64,000 nt of DNA from Schmidtea polychroa (lineage: Eukaryota), in the NCBI GenBank assembly GCA_044892525.1, contig CM097885.1:40612001-40676000 (forward strand). Reading direction: 5' to 3'. The translations under genes were made by a program, and so were the position numbers. The first letter of the stretch is position 1. Every line of letters begins with the position of its first letter. Shown here piece after piece: positions 62,311 through 64,000 of this stretch. Under the pieces are notes generated by a model that was not told the DNA's origin, searched no databases, and saw nothing but the letters and a program-made list of their open reading frames with translations.

Positions 62311-64000
62311 TGTAGTCGCAATATTATGTTTTAATTTGAAAATATTTTTTAGTTAAATTATATTTACTTAAATGATCTCGATGTTGATAATAAATCTAAA
62401 TGTATGTCACAGTCTCGAGGGTAATACAAACGGTTGAAAACAAATAACGGTGGTACGATTATGGTTTTGCTTATAATATTTTTCCATGATAAAATCTCAA
62501 TCATTTAGTGATTTACACTATTACAGTAATTTACACCTAAATAAAATCAAAGGCTTAAGATATTATTATTGTTATTATTTCTAAAATAATATTATTAACA
62601 TTAAAATGTAAATGATGCAACTATACCTAACTTCTTATATAATAGGTTAAACATATTTGTTTCAATAATAATATGAAGAATATAATTGGTTAAATATTGT
62701 TAAAGAGAAAATTGGTTTAAATTTAATAGCATGTGTTGTTTGGATGAAAATATGTCAAGTTATTTAAAATGATTCACATATTTTTTTCAATACAAATAGA
62801 TAGGGCCTATAAAAAAAGGCCAGGATTTTTCAGACTATAGTGAGGGAGTCTCTTTGGTCATGGGATGTTCAATACAAAAATGGGTCTACGGTAAAAAAGA
62901 ATGGTAAATTTTTAAATTAAAGTAAATTATGGTCTAAAATTTTAATTAAAGTAAATTAAGGGTTTAAATAACTAAATTATAGTCCAAATTTTAAAATAAA
63001 AGTAATGAATAGGTGTAATAAGTAAATTATTGTCTAAAAATTTAAAATTAAAGTAATGAATGTGTTAAATAAGTAAATTATGGATCTAAAATTTAAATTT
63101 AAGTAAATTAAGGGCTAAATTAAATGAATTATGGGTTCCAATTTTTGAATTAAAGTAAATTAAGGTCTAAATTTGTAATTTAAAGTAATCAATGGGTTAA
63201 ATAACTAAATTAAAGTTCAAATTTTAAAATTAAAGTAATGAATGGGTTAAATAAGTGAATTATGGGTCTCAAAATTGAATTAAAGTAAATTAAGGTCTAA
63301 AGTTGTAATTTAGAGTAATCAATGGGTTAAATAATTAAATTAAGGTTCCAATTTTTAAATTAAATAAATCAAAGGTCAAAACTTTAAATTAAGGTTCAAA
63401 ATTTAAAATTAAAGTAAATTAAAGTTCTAAAAAATTTATTAAAGTAATTTAAGGTCCAAATTTCAAAATTAAAGTAAATTAAGGTACATAGTTTAAAATT
63501 AAATTAAATTAAGGTTCAAATTTTTAAATTAAGTAATCAATGGTCAAAAATTTAAATTAAAGTTAAATAAGTAAATTAAAGTAATGTAATAAATAAATTA
63601 AAGTAAGATTTTTAAATTTATTAAGAAAATGTTAAAATAATAGTCAGTGTTTGAGAATTGAAATTTTTTAATGAAAATTTTAATGATATATTTTTTTAAG
63701 TTAAATTTTAATGGAAAACTTTAGGAAATATTTTTTTAAGTTAAATTTTAATGGAAAATTTTATGAAATATATTTCAATGTTAATTTCAGATGCAAATCT
63801 TTGTGAATTAATCATTCACTACATGAAATTATTGGTTAAATATGAAAATATAGGTTATATTTGGTTGTTAAGTAAATTATGGTATGAAATGTTAAATTAA
63901 GTAATATTAGGATAAATAGGTATATTAAGGTCCAAATTAAAGTTAATTAAAACTTTTTAGTTAAGTAATCAATGGCCTAAACAATTAAATTATATTAAAG

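Larger units (their letters stand above)
50466..64000 (+). repeat. Segmental duplicate of 1-12579 joined to 27223-29383
   Basis: Near-identical sequence with a few SNPs and indels; lacks element B. Confidence 0.97.

Overview
AT-rich eukaryotic genomic DNA, probably from an animal (cadherin exons, short GT-AG introns, (AAT)n microsatellites). It is dominated by Polinton/Maverick (adintovirus-like) endogenous elements. Element B (12580-27216) is full length with a 6-bp TSD and encodes pPolB, MCP, mCP, adenain, ATPase and a PLA2-integrase fusion. Element A (136-5528, duplicated at 50601-54843) is a deleted derivative. Element C (from 36468) is truncated and interrupted by element D (from 39405). 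Also present: a Buster/Charlie-type hAT, probable solo LTRs, a PFKFB-like host gene and a cadherin pseudogene. A segmental duplication with ~50-kb offset preserves the empty insertion site of B. Most interesting: (1) a subterminal cluster of Pol III type-2 (A-box/B-box) RNA genes in B and C, including a ~320-370 nt RNA with fully compensatory stems, a possible VA-RNA-like system of Polintons; (2) every Polinton end is a self-complementary AGTAGT...ACTACT cassette; (3) a conserved Zn-finger/PLA2/integrase fusion; (4) a selected duplicate of the pPolB C-terminus; (5) an insertion carrying SNF8 and PSMA6 fragments. All calls are by eye; no searches were run.
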